DNA of 63,303 bases, the filler included, from Octopus bimaculoides (taxonomy: Eukaryota), in NCBI RefSeq assembly GCF_001194135.2. It is 9 parts of 9 records of this genome, joined end to end, with 100 filler letters (N's around TTAATTAATTAA, not from the genome) between each part and the next. Parts side by side here need not be neighbours in the genome. Positions count along the whole stretch, not along the records: positions 1 to 8,966 come from NW_026418817.1; positions 9,067 to 19,768 come from NC_069002.1; 7 more parts are not named here. One strand, 5' to 3'. The position numbers were made by a program, and so were the translations under genes. Under the pieces are notes generated by a model that did not search any database, had not been told where the DNA came from, and worked only from the letters and a program-made list of their open reading frames with translations. Every line of letters begins with the position of its first letter. Position 1 is the first letter of the stretch. Of the stretch, positions 1 to 11,531 are shown piece by piece.

Positions 1-43
<43 letters not shown>

Positions 44-799
44 TACACATGCATATTTTATAATTTGCAAATTAAAGAAAATATTTTTCAATACATAGTT
101 TAGACTTTATTCATATATTCAAACTGAAGTTTCACACGTTACTTGAGTTTTAGGTAATGTGATCTTTCAGGGCCTGAAACTTGAGTGGTGGCGAAAACTT
201 CAGTTTTGTCAGCAGGAATGAAACCACTGATCATTTTGAAGCACTAATTCAGTCTATCTAAAAATATTCTTACTCTTCAATTAACCTGAATTGAGTTCTC
301 TTCTGGTTGTGCCACATGTTAGATCTTTCAGAATACTAGCACTATCACAGATACAGGCAAAAATGAGTAAGACAATGGCACAGCTCTTTATATATGTCGA
401 TAACCCAACTTATCTTGTATACATAGAGGCGTCAAGATGTAATGACGTGCAGTTTTATGCCATCGCTGGACATGACAATAACGGATGCCGAATTCCGTTC
501 AAACTATTTTTCATCTTTTCTAATCAAACAGTGAGATGTTATAAGAGTTCAAAATTAAAACCGAGCTTTTATAATTAATTTTGATACAGCCACTATTTAA
601 ACATCCATTATTGATGATTCTTCGTGGTATTTACGTGCAAAAAAGCATGACGTGGAAAACGCTGAGTTTAATAAATCTAAATACTTGTATGATAAAAACA
701 TGTTGACTTAAATATTGACAGAGAAATATATACAATCAGGACAATAGCTAACATAAGTACCGATAAATATGTAAGATGGCATCACCAAAACCTGCTTAT

Positions 800-1100
800 G
801 TTGTTATAATTGCTGGAGTTATTGTTTCGCATTCTCTGCTAAGCTCTGTGTGAGTTGGCTTATGTTATGCAGGAAGTTGATTGACAGTGATGAGCCGTAT
901 GATGTGGAATATGACAGTTCAGAAGTATTTTATTTTGTATATAGACTCATTTTGTATGCCCATGGGTTTTATTAGAGGCTACAGCGGAAGCATTTAAGAT
1001 GTATAAGATCAGTTGCTGGGTGTCTGCTATTTGTCATTGAAGGAACATAACGCAATATATGGGGCAAGTTTGGTTATTGATTACTAGATGAGAGAGATAG
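800..1100 (-). mobile_element. Highly decayed Penelope-like GIY-YIG region
   Basis: Minus-strand translation across stops gives 'NESIYKIKY' and 'HKPTHTELSREC', weakly like the PLE endonuclease motifs '..SIIYKA..' and 'KHSTELSKHIW'. Recognised from memory only. Confidence 0.3.
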
Positions 1101-1530
1101 TGATTTGGAAATGCTGAAGTAGCTGTAGTGCACACGGGTATTTATATCTTTGGGTGCTCTGTGAGTGTTGCATAAGTGTCTGTGTGTACGGAGGATATTT
1201 TCATGTTTTGGTACTACAGTTCATTGCGTTTCTCCATCTTTCGCACTAGCTTTTCCTCTTTCTCATCAATTTATCTCCGTCTCTCACTCTTTTCTTGCCT
1301 ATCTTCATTACAGTAAAACACGTCGAAGAAGAATATAAAATCAGTATGTTAGTGATGGTATAGTTCCTCGAGAGTAAAGACAAAACTTAATCAGTCTGGT
1401 CATTACTACATACCTCAGAGGTGTAATATAAGCGATATGTACTGACAAAATATTAATATCGCCTCACAGAAACGAACAGGTATACTAAAGTGATGTGAAA
1501 ATTGTTGAAATACAAATAAGGAACACTTAC

Positions 1531-1578
1531 TACAGGTCCAGCTCGGCAGTGACAAGGGGCTGAACAAGTATCTTCAGA
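1531..1578 (-). CDS. Probable internal coding exon of a secreted protein, Cys-rich (SEDTCSAPCHCRAGPV)
   Basis: Minus strand: acceptor tttgctttttaatttcag, 48-nt exon, donor GTA|gtaagt. Phase-0 reading has three Cys in CxxxCxC spacing. A second AG 7 nt inside the exon (start 1571) would join in frame to the signal-peptide exon. Confidence 0.55.
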
Positions 1579-3526
1579 CTGAAATTAAAAAGCAAATATT
1601 TTGTTTTTTAATTAATTTCAAATAAACATGGGTTTAAAGAATTAAAGTGTGAACTAGATTCTTTCCTTAGAAGTTAAAATATTTTAAGTTTACATAAGTA
1701 TTTATTACTAAAAGACACTTTGAATACATCAAGCTTTGTGTTGGAAACAATGAATAAAGTTAAGCTTTTAGGGGTTACTAAAAGAAAATAGTATTTTATT
1801 ATAGAAAATATGGGTTATTTCAGAATAAGATATGACTTTCCCTTAATAAAGTGTGGCCTAACGTAGTCAATAAAATGAACACCAAAAATAATTTTTAATT
1901 ATTTGAAAATAACACTCGTCATGGAAAGACGAAGAATATCTCATTAGTGTCGACGACAATTATTGTCAAAAAAATACAAAGGTAGCTCCAATATTTAGAA
2001 CTAGTAATATGAAATATGTATTCACTAAATGGAGGTTTGTGACATGGCTAGGGGAGAGATAGAGGTTTCACAACCTTCCCAAACGTCAAAAATCCGTGAA
2101 TGACGTTTGAGCAGACAAATTTTCCTATAGAGAAGGAGTTACTTTATACAATATTCATTTATTTTACAGCACGATATACAAATGGGTGAGACACGGGTTA
2201 TAAGGGATAGAAAGGTAGTGGCGAAGGTGATGAAAGAAGAGAGAGAATGTGAGTTTTAAACCTGAAATAAAATGTTGATGAATGTAACCTTCAAAGGTGA
2301 GTTCGAAATTCAGGCAAAGTCTGAAGATGTATACGTATGAACAGAGTCCTGAAGGAGTCTGTTTGCAAGACTGACAGGATGAAATGAGGCTCAATGAAAG
2401 AATAAAGGAAGGAGTAACAGAAAAGGACTACAGCTTGGGATGTTGTAAATGATAGAGNNNNNNNNNNNNNNNNNNNNNNNNNNNNNNNNNNNNNNNNNNN
2501 NNNNNNNNNNNNNNNNNNNNNNNNNNNNNNNNNNNNNNNNNNNNNNNNNNNNNNNNNNNNNNNNNNNNNNNNNNNNNNNNNNNNNNNNNNNNNNNNNNNN
2601 NNNNNNNNNNNNNNNNNNNNNNNNNNNNNNNNNNNNNNNNNNNNNNNNNNNNNNNNNNNNNNNNNNNNNNNNNNNNNNNNNNNNNNNNNNNNNNNNNNNN
2701 NNNNNNNNNNNNNNNNNNNNNNNNNNNNNNNNNNNNNNNNNNNNNNNNNNNNNNNNNNNNNNNNNNNNNNNNNNNNNNNNNNNNNNNNNNNNNNNNNNNN
2801 NNNNNNNNNNNNNNNNNNNNNNNNNNNNNNNNNNNNNNNNNNNNNNNNNNNNNNNNNNNNNNNNNNNNNNNNNNNNNNNNNNNNNNNNNNNNNNNNNNNN
2901 NNNNNNNNNNNNNNNNNNNNNNNNNNNNNNNNNNNNNNNNNNNNNNNNNNNNNNNNNNNNNNNNNNNNNNNNNNNNNNNNNNNNNNNNNNNNNNNNNNNN
3001 NNNNNNNNNNNNNNNNNNNNNNNNNNNNNNNNATTTATTTATTTATTTATTTATATATATATAATGTATCATATCTTTAAAATGCAATATATAACATATG
3101 TGTATATATAAAAAAGAAAGTTAATATAAAAGGTACATATAATAAGTGCCGATGTTAAGTGAAGGTATACAAGAAGACTTCTCAATCACACCAAGAAAAT
3201 TGTGATGTGAATTTTCTGGATTTCTACCTGTCAATATATAATCGCTATCAACGTTCACCTTCGAGATTCTGTTGGTTTTCTGCTGAATTTATCGATTTCT
3301 CTACTCACTTCTCGATAAATATGTTATAAAACATTTGCCGTCTTGTAACTACCTGTTCATATTTTATTCTATACATACATACATAGGTATACATACATAC
3401 ATAAACTCACATATATGTATGTATACATATGCATAGGTATATACATGCACATACACAGACACACGTATAGATATATAATTATATTTACATACATGCATGC
3501 ATACATAAATACACACATGAACGAGG

Positions 3527-3593
<67 letters not shown>

Positions 3594-3707
3594 GCAGCAT
3601 ATATTTATATATACAGTATGTATAGTTATAATGACTGTTGAGATTCCAAGAATATAATTGCATACGTGTAAAACCAAAACGAATCACAATCTATATACTG
3701 ATTTCGT

Positions 3708-3953
3708 GGAGGCGCGTGGCTTAGTCGTTAGGGTATCAGCACTATGATCGTAAAATTGTGGTTTCAATTCCTGGACCGGGCGACGCGTTGTGTTCTTGAG
3801 CAAAACACTTCATTTCCTGTTGCTCCAGACCAATCAGCTGGCAAAAATGAGTAACGCTGCGATAGACTGGCGTCCCGTCCAGCTGGGGAACGCATATGGC
3901 ATTGAAACTTGGAAACCGGGCCCATGAGCCTGGCTAGGCTTTAAAAGGGCGCA
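3708..3953 (+). mobile_element. tRNA-derived SINE, family S3
   Basis: Head ggaggcgcgtggcttagt..ggtttcaattcc (A/B boxes) then tgtgttcttgagcaaaacact..ctccag..cagctggcaaaaatgag. Related copies at about 14635-14950 (+), 51385-51735 (-), 53245-53410 (+). Confidence 0.8.
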
Positions 3954-3982
3954 TATATTATGTATTTTATATACTGATTTCA

Positions 3983-4119
3983 GATTTTAGCACTGGACCA
4001 GTAATTTCGCGAGGGAGGATAAGTCAATTACATCGACCCCAGTACTTGACCGGTACATTTTTATCGACCCCGAAAGGATGAAATGCAAAGTCAACCTCAG
4101 AGGAATTTGAACTCAGAGT
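3983..4119 (-). mobile_element. SINE family S1, partial
   Basis: Reverse complement of gaggtcgactttgcctttcatcctttcggggtcgat..agtacc..ctggggtcgatgtaatcgact, which recurs through the window. Confidence 0.8.
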
Positions 4120-4331
4120 GTGAAGATGAGATTTGGTGGGGCACAAAGCCAGCAATCTTAGGGGAGGGATATGTCGGTTACATCAACTCCATAGATTTCA
4201 CCGTCCTTAGATCTGTAACGGTCAGACATGGTACATATCATAACCTTGGCCATTCAACTGTTAGGAAAGGTCACACAAGGATATCCTACCAGGATTTTAG
4301 CCACTAATAGAGTAAGATAATTAAGTCTAAT

Positions 4332-4596
4332 TAAAGAATAAAAAGTTTTGAATGGTACAATAATGCACTATAATACAAAAAAATGGACTATATACTTGTT
4401 GTAATTTAGTTATCCATAGTCCGATGATATTTCGGAATACAATTCCTTCTTCAGATATTCTTAGATGGACTCGCAAAAGCTGTTGGAAAACCAATTATAG
4501 AAACGACGACTATGGATAACTAAATCACAACAGCTATATAGTCCATTTTTTGTATTATAGTGCATTGTTGTACCATTCAAAACTTTTTATTCTTTA
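4332..4596. repeat. About 90-bp inverted repeat pair with 86-nt spacer
   Basis: 4332-4421 is the near-exact reverse complement of 4508-4596 (a few mismatches and one indel in an A run). The spacer holds a hammerhead-like core on the minus strand. Confidence 0.9.
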
Positions 4597-4706
4597 CAAA
4601 CAATACGCAAATCTTCAAGCGAACTACAATACTCTCGTAAATCTAATTAGTTATATTTAATAAAGATTTATGCACCAGAGGGAATAGCCTAAAGATTATT
4701 ACTTAC

Positions 4707-4761
4707 CTTGAGCTGAGACTGATAATAAGCCCAGAAGGGCAATAAATAAGATCTTAATCAT
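4707..4761 (-). CDS. First coding exon of a secreted or membrane protein: signal peptide MIKILFIALLGLLSVSAQ
   Basis: Exon 4707-4814 has acceptor tttttctgtttgtttcttttcag and consensus donor AAG|gtaagt. ATG at 4761 has an in-frame upstream TAG, and the other two frames are closed. Basic n-region, hydrophobic h-region, small residues at -3/-1 (V-S-A), phase-1 intron. Confidence 0.75.
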
Positions 4762-4924
4762 GATGAGAAGGAATGCGATTCGGAAATATCTCCACAAAAT
4801 CTAGAACTGAAATACTGAAAAGAAACAAACAGAAAAACAATATTAATCGAAGCCTGATATACATGTGTGTGTGTGTGCGTGTGTGTGCGTGCGTGTGCAT
4901 GCGTGTGTAATTGTGTGTGTGTGT

Positions 4925-5690
4925 GTGTGTGATTGTAGAGGCTATTCGGGCTAAATTTGACGATCTTTTGTCTCTCTTTTCAGCAGCAGCTTGATATATT
5001 GGTGATCAGTCAACGTCGTTGGAAAGTATGATTCAAGTTGTAGGTGAGAAAAAGTTAACTGACATGGAAGACTGGAAGCCATCTACATGTTGGAAAAGAG
5101 CTATATGTACCATGTTGTTTCGCACCGGGTATCAAACTGCAGACATTATGAATGCTGATCAACGCTCTGTCAACACTCTAAAAGCTGTAAGACATGATAT
5201 GAACAGCTGCAACGGAGACTACAAATCTTGGGCCTGTAGAAAGGGACACAGCAGGCGTTTTCACTGCTTCCGCACGCTGGAAATCAATCCTACATCTCTG
5301 AACACAACTTTAGTCTCAATACATATGGCTATGTGAAGCTGCCAGAGCCTGTGGTCAACTCTGGCTGGAGAGGATTGCAGCAAGATTCGGTTCCATGCCT
5401 TACCTCCAGAAAGAGTCAGAACTGGTTGTCAGAAAATTTCTACGACTTAACCATCCCCAATTTCTGGTCTCCTAATTCCTCCTACTGTAACCCATGGATT
5501 ACTATGTGTAAGGTGCGGATAAGAAAGACATCAACCGCTCTGTCTGCAACACCAACACAGGTGATAATGATCAAGGAGATGTTCGAAGATCTTTCCGGAG
5601 ACACAGTGAGGAACGCATGCGCCATGTTCCGCAGCCATTTTAATGTCGTGGAAGAAACTGAGCGTGGATACTCCGAGTAAACCGGTATCT
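4925..5690 (+). mobile_element. Tc1/mariner maT (DD37D) transposon, internally deleted and frameshifted
   Basis: QQDSVPCLTSRKSQNWLSENFYD..WSPNSSYCNP, then a frameshift to MDYYV, ending ..NACAMFRSHFNVVEETERGYSE*. Spacing from the second to the third D is 37 after correcting one frameshift. Confidence 0.8.
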
Positions 5691-5899
5691 CCCAGCCTTT
5701 ATCTAATTGCTATTTTCTGATTTAAAAAAAACACTTTATTTTTAGATTGAGTTATTACCAGTTGAGCACTGGGGTCGATGTAATCGACATACCCCTCCCT
5801 CGCACTTGCTGGCTTTATACTAAAATTTAAAACCATTATTTTCATTGTGTGTTCATTTTAACTCAGATTTTATTGAAACTCCTGGAGCCTTACATGCTT

Positions 5900-6337
5900 A
5901 GCGGGTTTGCTACCTGTAGCCTACGATACCATACTATTTGTTCTTTTCTGGCCGTACCAAGGAGGCAAACTTTGCGCAATAGCTCTACAGGGCACCCTAT
6001 TCCCATTAACTTTATAATCCTCTTCATGCCATCTTATACTGTCCTCAAGGACCTAACAATAATTTGCACTATCTTCACCTTCTCATTTTGCATAGTCAAC
6101 TATCTCGTTATTCAAGAAGATGATATATGTCTATTTTTTCGCCTTCCTTCTCAACTAATCGTAGGTCAAAGAGGCACGCAACTTCAATTATTAATTGTAA
6201 GTGGTTTACATTGTCCACTACCACTAGGTCCGGGTTATTGTACTCAAGGTCCTGGTTTGTTTAGATTGGGAAATTCCACAGGATTTTGCAGGTCCTCGAC
6301 GCAGCCACTCTCTGTAGTTTATGCTCATACCACGTCT

Positions 6338-6435
<98 letters not shown>

Positions 6436-6800
6436 ACCCCAACTTTTCACACTTTCCAGTGCAGCATTTCGCTACTTCACTGTGTCTCCATAATTTATAT
6501 TAGTTTTGGGAAAGTCGAGAGCATTCGTTCATGGTATGGGCATTGGTTTCGTCGACTCTATTACAGATTTGGCTCAGCAGAGACACATACTCATTCCTAA
6601 GATTGATCCTCCAATTTGTGGCCAAAGCTTGGTCTTGCACTGCCAATATAGTGTGATCTCAGTCTCCTTTTTCAGTGTTCCTTTCTTTAACCAGTCCCAG
6701 CAACTTCAGTTGTGCCTACATGGAATTAGTTATCTGGTCCCTTATTGCGTAGTGCTTCTTCATACCCTTCTTCTACTTATTGTTTTGTTCTTTTCTTTAT
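5900..6800 (-). mobile_element. R4/Dong-clade non-LTR retrotransposon, C-terminal zinc knuckle and restriction-like endonuclease, decayed
   Basis: WDWLKKGTLKKETE; AVQDQALATNWR..CNRVDETNAHTMNECSRL; WYEHK..CKILWNFPI*TNQDLEYNNPDLVVVD..IIEVACLFD. Split by a (CT)n tract. Confidence 0.8.
6343..6434. repeat. (CT)n microsatellite inside the R4/Dong fragment
   Basis: Direct inspection. Confidence 0.98.
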
Positions 6801-7153
6801 ACCCTCATTTCTAACTGCCCCTTGCTTTGAGACAGGTACTTCTCTTTCCACAACTACAAATTAACTTTAGTGTTTACTGAGGTCTAAATTGTGTGTTCAT
6901 GCACACTATTGGGTGATAGATATTCTAATGTTTGTGAGTAGATTTTCTGCATAAAATATATCAAAGTGAGTTCCATACGCGGTCAGAAGTCCACCCGGTG
7001 CAATGCTACGGTATGGTTTTGCATTTTTAGCGACAAATCCCTCGTCCTTCGGAGCTAGATGGAACTTTTGTTCTCTCTCTCTCCTTCTCTCCCTCTCTCT
7101 CTCCCCATCTCCCTCTCTATTTCTTTCTCTCTCTCCCTCTCTCACACACACAA

Positions 7154-7198
<45 letters not shown>

Positions 7199-7241
7199 NN
7201 NNNNNNNNNNNNNNNNNNNNNNNNNNNNNNNNNNNNNNNNN

Positions 7242-7281
<40 letters not shown>

Positions 7282-7304
7282 AGAAGAGATAGATTGAAGT
7301 ACAC

Positions 7305-7347
<43 letters not shown>

Positions 7348-8055
7348 TACTTCTAATATAAGGATTAAAATTTTTCAAAAGAAATTTTATCAGTGGCCAG
7401 CATATTAAAATACCTTTTAAGGTGAAAATTATAAACAATTATAAATAAGGGCAATTGTTTTTCTTTTCCCCTTATTTATCATTCTGTGTGTGTGAGAGAG
7501 AAAGAGAGAGAGAGAGGGTGAGTATACATACATATATCATATGCGTATGCACACGCATACTCACACCTGGCACTTATACACCCACACACATAAATGCAAA
7601 TACGCACATTTTAGTTGGTGACGGTCTCTTGAACCGTATATTTATCAAATTTCATGTGATAGGTTAGCAAAGCTAGCGAATTAAATTTCTCACGCTATTA
7701 AGGCTGACCTCCAAACCAAAAAGAATGGAAGAAACTACAGAAGAACTGAAAAAAACTTGGCAGAAGATGATGTTGTAAAGATGCACCCGACCCTTTAAAA
7801 ACCAATTTATTTAGTAAAGATGAAGAGAAGTTAAATTCTGTTGAGAGGTTTAAAGAAAGGTTTTTACTAAAGTAATAAAGTATTTTACTTTGTTTTTATT
7901 TATATTTTTATTTTCGTCTCGAGCACCGAATGTCTGTTGTGTGTGTATACATGCATACATATGTATGTATGTATGTGTGTATGGAAAGCGGACGTTAAAC
8001 GATGATATATATATATATGTATGTATGTATGTATGTGTGTATGTATACATAAGTT

Positions 8056-8102
8056 CCGGAAGTGAGGATGTAATAACTCTTCCAGTCAGACGTCAGACCT
8101 AC
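8056..8102. promoter_or_regulatory. Possible regulatory motif cluster (ETS-like CCGGAAGTG, CRE-like GACGTCA)
   Basis: ttccggaagtg and cagacgtcagac within 50 nt, about 3.3 kb upstream of the signal-peptide exon. Motif match only. Confidence 0.15.
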
Positions 8103-8274
8103 ATTTATTTATCTCTCCCATCGTCGTTCCAGTCCTTTTCAAAGAACATGAATCCTCCTTCCCCCAAATTTCAAGTTATATTGTACCTATATTGGAAACA
8201 ATTATTAATATTGCTGCTGCTGGTTGTGGTTGACACAGCAAATTCGCTGGGAAAAGTAGCGCTTGCATGAGGAA

Positions 8275-8966
8275 ATGAGATCCTATTCAGATAGAATATT
8301 CGTTTGGTCAGCTAATAGACATAATGGAGACATAGCTTGACCGCAGTTTCAACTGGTCATCAACACAGATTACAGATTTGTGATCTCCATGATGGACCTA
8401 CATAGAATGCATAGACAGGGATCTGTTTGCTGGAAGCTGACCGTGTTGTTTTTGGCGTGCAAATCTGTCTTAGTGATTGAATTAGACAGTTATGACAAGG
8501 GTGATTGTCAAGAAGCCGTGTCGAGGCAATCTAATGAGGATTAAACTAGAATCGAAAGGGCTTGGTATAGAAGTAACAATCGCAGAGGTGGTGAGTCAGT
8601 AAATTAGAAAACTCGAGGTGGTTAGAAAAGGCATCATCAAACATATACTGACGACAATAAAGGTCCACGACGATTTCTTCAACAATACTAAAGTTATAAC
8701 GTCAGAGTTAAGATGCGCTCTTTTAGACACGGGGAGAACGACAGCTATTTGATGGTTCCAGTGGCAGAGGTGATGGATGGTTTCAGTAAAATATCAATTT
8801 GACCATTTGCAGGCCGGGCAAGAGCGTGCTACTCTATGTGAGGTTTCTACGTGTCACTTTCTAACGGCACTTTGCTCAACTGTTTGAGACGAACGACGGT
8901 CGGTAAGTTCTAAAGTCCGGTAGCGGACTTTATTGCCAACATCAACGGCTGATAAAGCAGCGAGAT
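8275..8966 (+). mobile_element. L1/Tx1-clade LINE ORF2 fragment (end of endonuclease plus linker), decayed
   Basis: SDRIFV..PQFQLVINTDYRFV..RQGSVCWKLTVLFL resembles the L1/Tx1 pattern LDRxFV..DHxxV..GxGYWKLNxSLL. Many stops. Confidence 0.6.
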
Positions 8967-9066
8967 NNNNNNNNNNNNNNNNNNNNNNNNNNNNNNNNNN
9001 NNNNNNNNNNTTAATTAATTAANNNNNNNNNNNNNNNNNNNNNNNNNNNNNNNNNNNNNNNNNNNN
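8967..9066. other. Artificial scaffold spacer (44 N, TTAATTAATTAA, 44 N)
   Basis: Same 100-nt construct with cores at 9011, 19813, 27911, 39731, 50194, 55189, 58113 and 60706. The 12-mer has stops in all six frames. Confidence 0.95.
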
Positions 9067-9183
9067 GGACGCGATGTACGTGTTCGCCACCTCCGCCCGA
9101 CCTTTCAGGGAAAGCTTCCTCTCGGCCCATTGCCGGGCTAGAGTGGCCACCCTTCTCGTTATCTCGTCCCAGTTCTTCTCCGT
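9067..9183 (-). mobile_element. L1/Tx1-clade LINE fragment downstream of the RT core
   Basis: EKNWDEITRRVATLARQWAERKLSLKGRAEVANTYIAS matches the L1 pattern W..rkLSlkGRv.v.N. Confidence 0.8.
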
Positions 9184-9194
9184 AGATAGATAGG

Positions 9195-9261
<67 letters not shown>

Positions 9262-9719
9262 TGCGAGTGAGATGACGAGACTGAAAGTGAACAATTAAGA
9301 GAAAGAAGGAACGAACGATCGAAAGAAAGAAGGAAGGAAAGAAAGAAGGAAAGAAAGAATGGAAAGGAAGGAAGGAAGGAATGAAAGAAGGATGTATTAC
9401 CGAAACAGTTGCAAATCCAAATAAAACTAAATCAATACATAAAAATATAAAGATTGTTTTGAAACACGAGCATAAATATATAAGACAGCAGGATTCGAAC
9501 GTACAACTGCTGTGTTTGAAAGGGAAAAAAGTGGTGGTGGCGCCTTGTGGATATTTGAATGGAGTCTTTGCTCAAGATTTCTACCAGAAACTAGTTCTCA
9601 TTCTTGTCTCTTTCTTCGTGTGTCTTTGTGAGACGTTCGAGGAGAACTCGGGCTTCCGGAAGTTGCAAAGATAACAGTGACAAGAATTCAAAAGACTATA
9701 AACAATGGTTCAGGGAATG

Positions 9720-10190
9720 AATGGGTGGAGGAGGAGGAGGAGGAGGGATGGAAGAGCAGAGAGAGAGAAAGGGGGAAGAGAGATGAGAAAGTAAGCGGCG
9801 AGTAGAGGAGAGAAGGATGGGGAAATGGGGGAAAGATGAGAGAGGGGGATAAGAAAAAAGGGAGGAGGGATGGGAGAGAGGGGAGAGAGAGCGAGAGGGG
9901 AGAGAGGGAGCGAGAGGAGAGAGAGAGCGAGAGGGGAGAGTGAGCGAGAGGGGAGAGAGGGTGAGAGGGGAGAGAGAGCGAGAGGGAAGAGAGAGCGAGA
10001 GGGAAGAGAGAGCGAGAGAGTGGGAGAATGGAGGGAGGAAGGGAGGGAGGCGGAGAGAAAGGAAGAATAGGGGAGAAAGGAAGGAGATGGGGAGAGGGAG
10101 AGAGGAGACGGGAGAAAAGACGGAAGGATGGAGGGGAGGAGAAGGAAGAGAAAGACGAGGAGGAAGACAAGGAAGCAGAAGAGGGAAGCC
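9720..10190. repeat. Polypurine (A/G) low-complexity tract
   Basis: About 470 nt of near-pure purines with GAGAGAGCGA-type subrepeats. Confidence 0.95.
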
Positions 10191-10379
10191 CTTAGTCGCC
10201 GATGTGGCCCCTTGAGTTACGGTGCTTGATGTTGAAGTCGGGCGATTTAGTTGTCATTGCTATTGTTGTTTTGGCTTTAGCCCCAGGTTAACTCCAATCG
10301 AGTTATTCCACCCTTGACAATCCCCACTTTATCTCATCTGCAGAGAATCGAAGACAACGTGGTTGTGTGGCAAGAAGCT

Positions 10380-11248
10380 TTGTGAGCACTGATTTTCCAA
10401 CAAGTATGGAAGCATATTTATTACCATCATGCAGTAGAACAGCTTTAAGACTCCTCTTCGAGGAGTTAATAAAGAGCTTCCATTCATCGGGGTTGTAACT
10501 TATACCAAACTTTCCTGTCAGTCCTGATGGACCTGTACACTAAACCAAATCATTTTTTAAAAACAAAATAAGGAACAAATTCTTTTCCGCAATTACAATA
10601 CCAATAAAATGATACACGAAGAGCAAAAAGATTCTTGCATTTAAGTCTGGAACTTAAAAAGCTCTGCTGACTCCTTTGTAAGCCTTGAGATAATTTAATT
10701 TATTCTGGTTGAAAAGTTGAGATTCCTCACCTTCACATCATTCTGATTCAAAGCTCAAGTATATGTCTTCAAGGTTTCCTGGTGGTAATGTGACTGGAAC
10801 GTCTGGTTCACAGGAAACGGGTCGCAAAGCAAATGGAAGATTTGGATAATGTTTTCCCCACTCTTCGAATTGTGTCCCTGTACATTACATGAGCAAAAGT
10901 AGCAGTCACCACTATGATTTTTGGGTGCTCTTCATATCACTGAACCCCGAAACAAAAAGACTTCTTTGCACATTTTGTACATTTTGTCCATTGTCATAGT
11001 TCTTCAACACAAATTGTGGGGTCTCACGAGGAGCCCACTTCTTATCTTGCTCTCCTAAGTAGGTATAGTTAGACATTTTGACAAATTCATTTCCCAGGAG
11101 TGTGATAATTCTAATAGAAGTATTTATGCTGTATGGTATTTGATATATCTGTATTGGTGTATATAGTTCAGGTAGATTATCTGCGACATATGGAGGATTA
11201 AGTGAACGATTTGTATTCATTCTGAAAACCTTCGAACGTGTATACGTG
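10380..11248 (-). mobile_element. Chapaev3-like (CMC superfamily) DNA transposase, 5' half, decayed
   Basis: YLGEQDKKWAP, DCYFCSCNVQGHNSK and PDEWKLFINSSKRSLKAVLLHDGNKYASILVG match the LGDQDKxWAPH / DCYFC / EWRLFIDSSKxSLKAVLLHNGN family. The family name is from memory. Confidence 0.65.
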
Positions 11249-11256
11249 ATTCGATG

Positions 11257-11304
<48 letters not shown>

Positions 11305-11500
11305 TTATCAACCTCTCTTTCTGTGTATATATATCTTTATCTTTTACCTTTTACTTGTATCAGTCATTTAGCTTGCTACTTATTCTATCAGTTACCTTTA
11401 CCGAACCGGTAAGTTACATTGACGTAAAGACACCAGCACTAGTCGCTAAGCGGGGGTGGTGGAAAACACAGATACAAACACACACACACACACACATATG

Positions 11501-11531
<31 letters not shown>

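Noticed and set aside
286-420. Minus-strand hydrophobic frame (SCAIVLLIFACICDSAS..) as the next exon of the secreted gene
   Set aside because: No ATG, weak donor (gttaat), and no acceptor that gives a convincing in-frame join.
776-849. MASPKPAYVVIIAGVIVSHSLLSS followed by gtgagt, as a first exon for TM7SF3
   Set aside because: It ends in phase 2 while the TM7SF3 exon needs phase 1, is 60 kb and eight joins away, and overlaps a decayed Penelope-like fragment on the other strand.
1414-1441. 28-nt minus-strand candidate exon after the Cys exon
   Set aside because: It gives a stop in the Cys frame. It is open only with an alternative non-Cys reading that cannot join the signal exon, so it is left unresolved.
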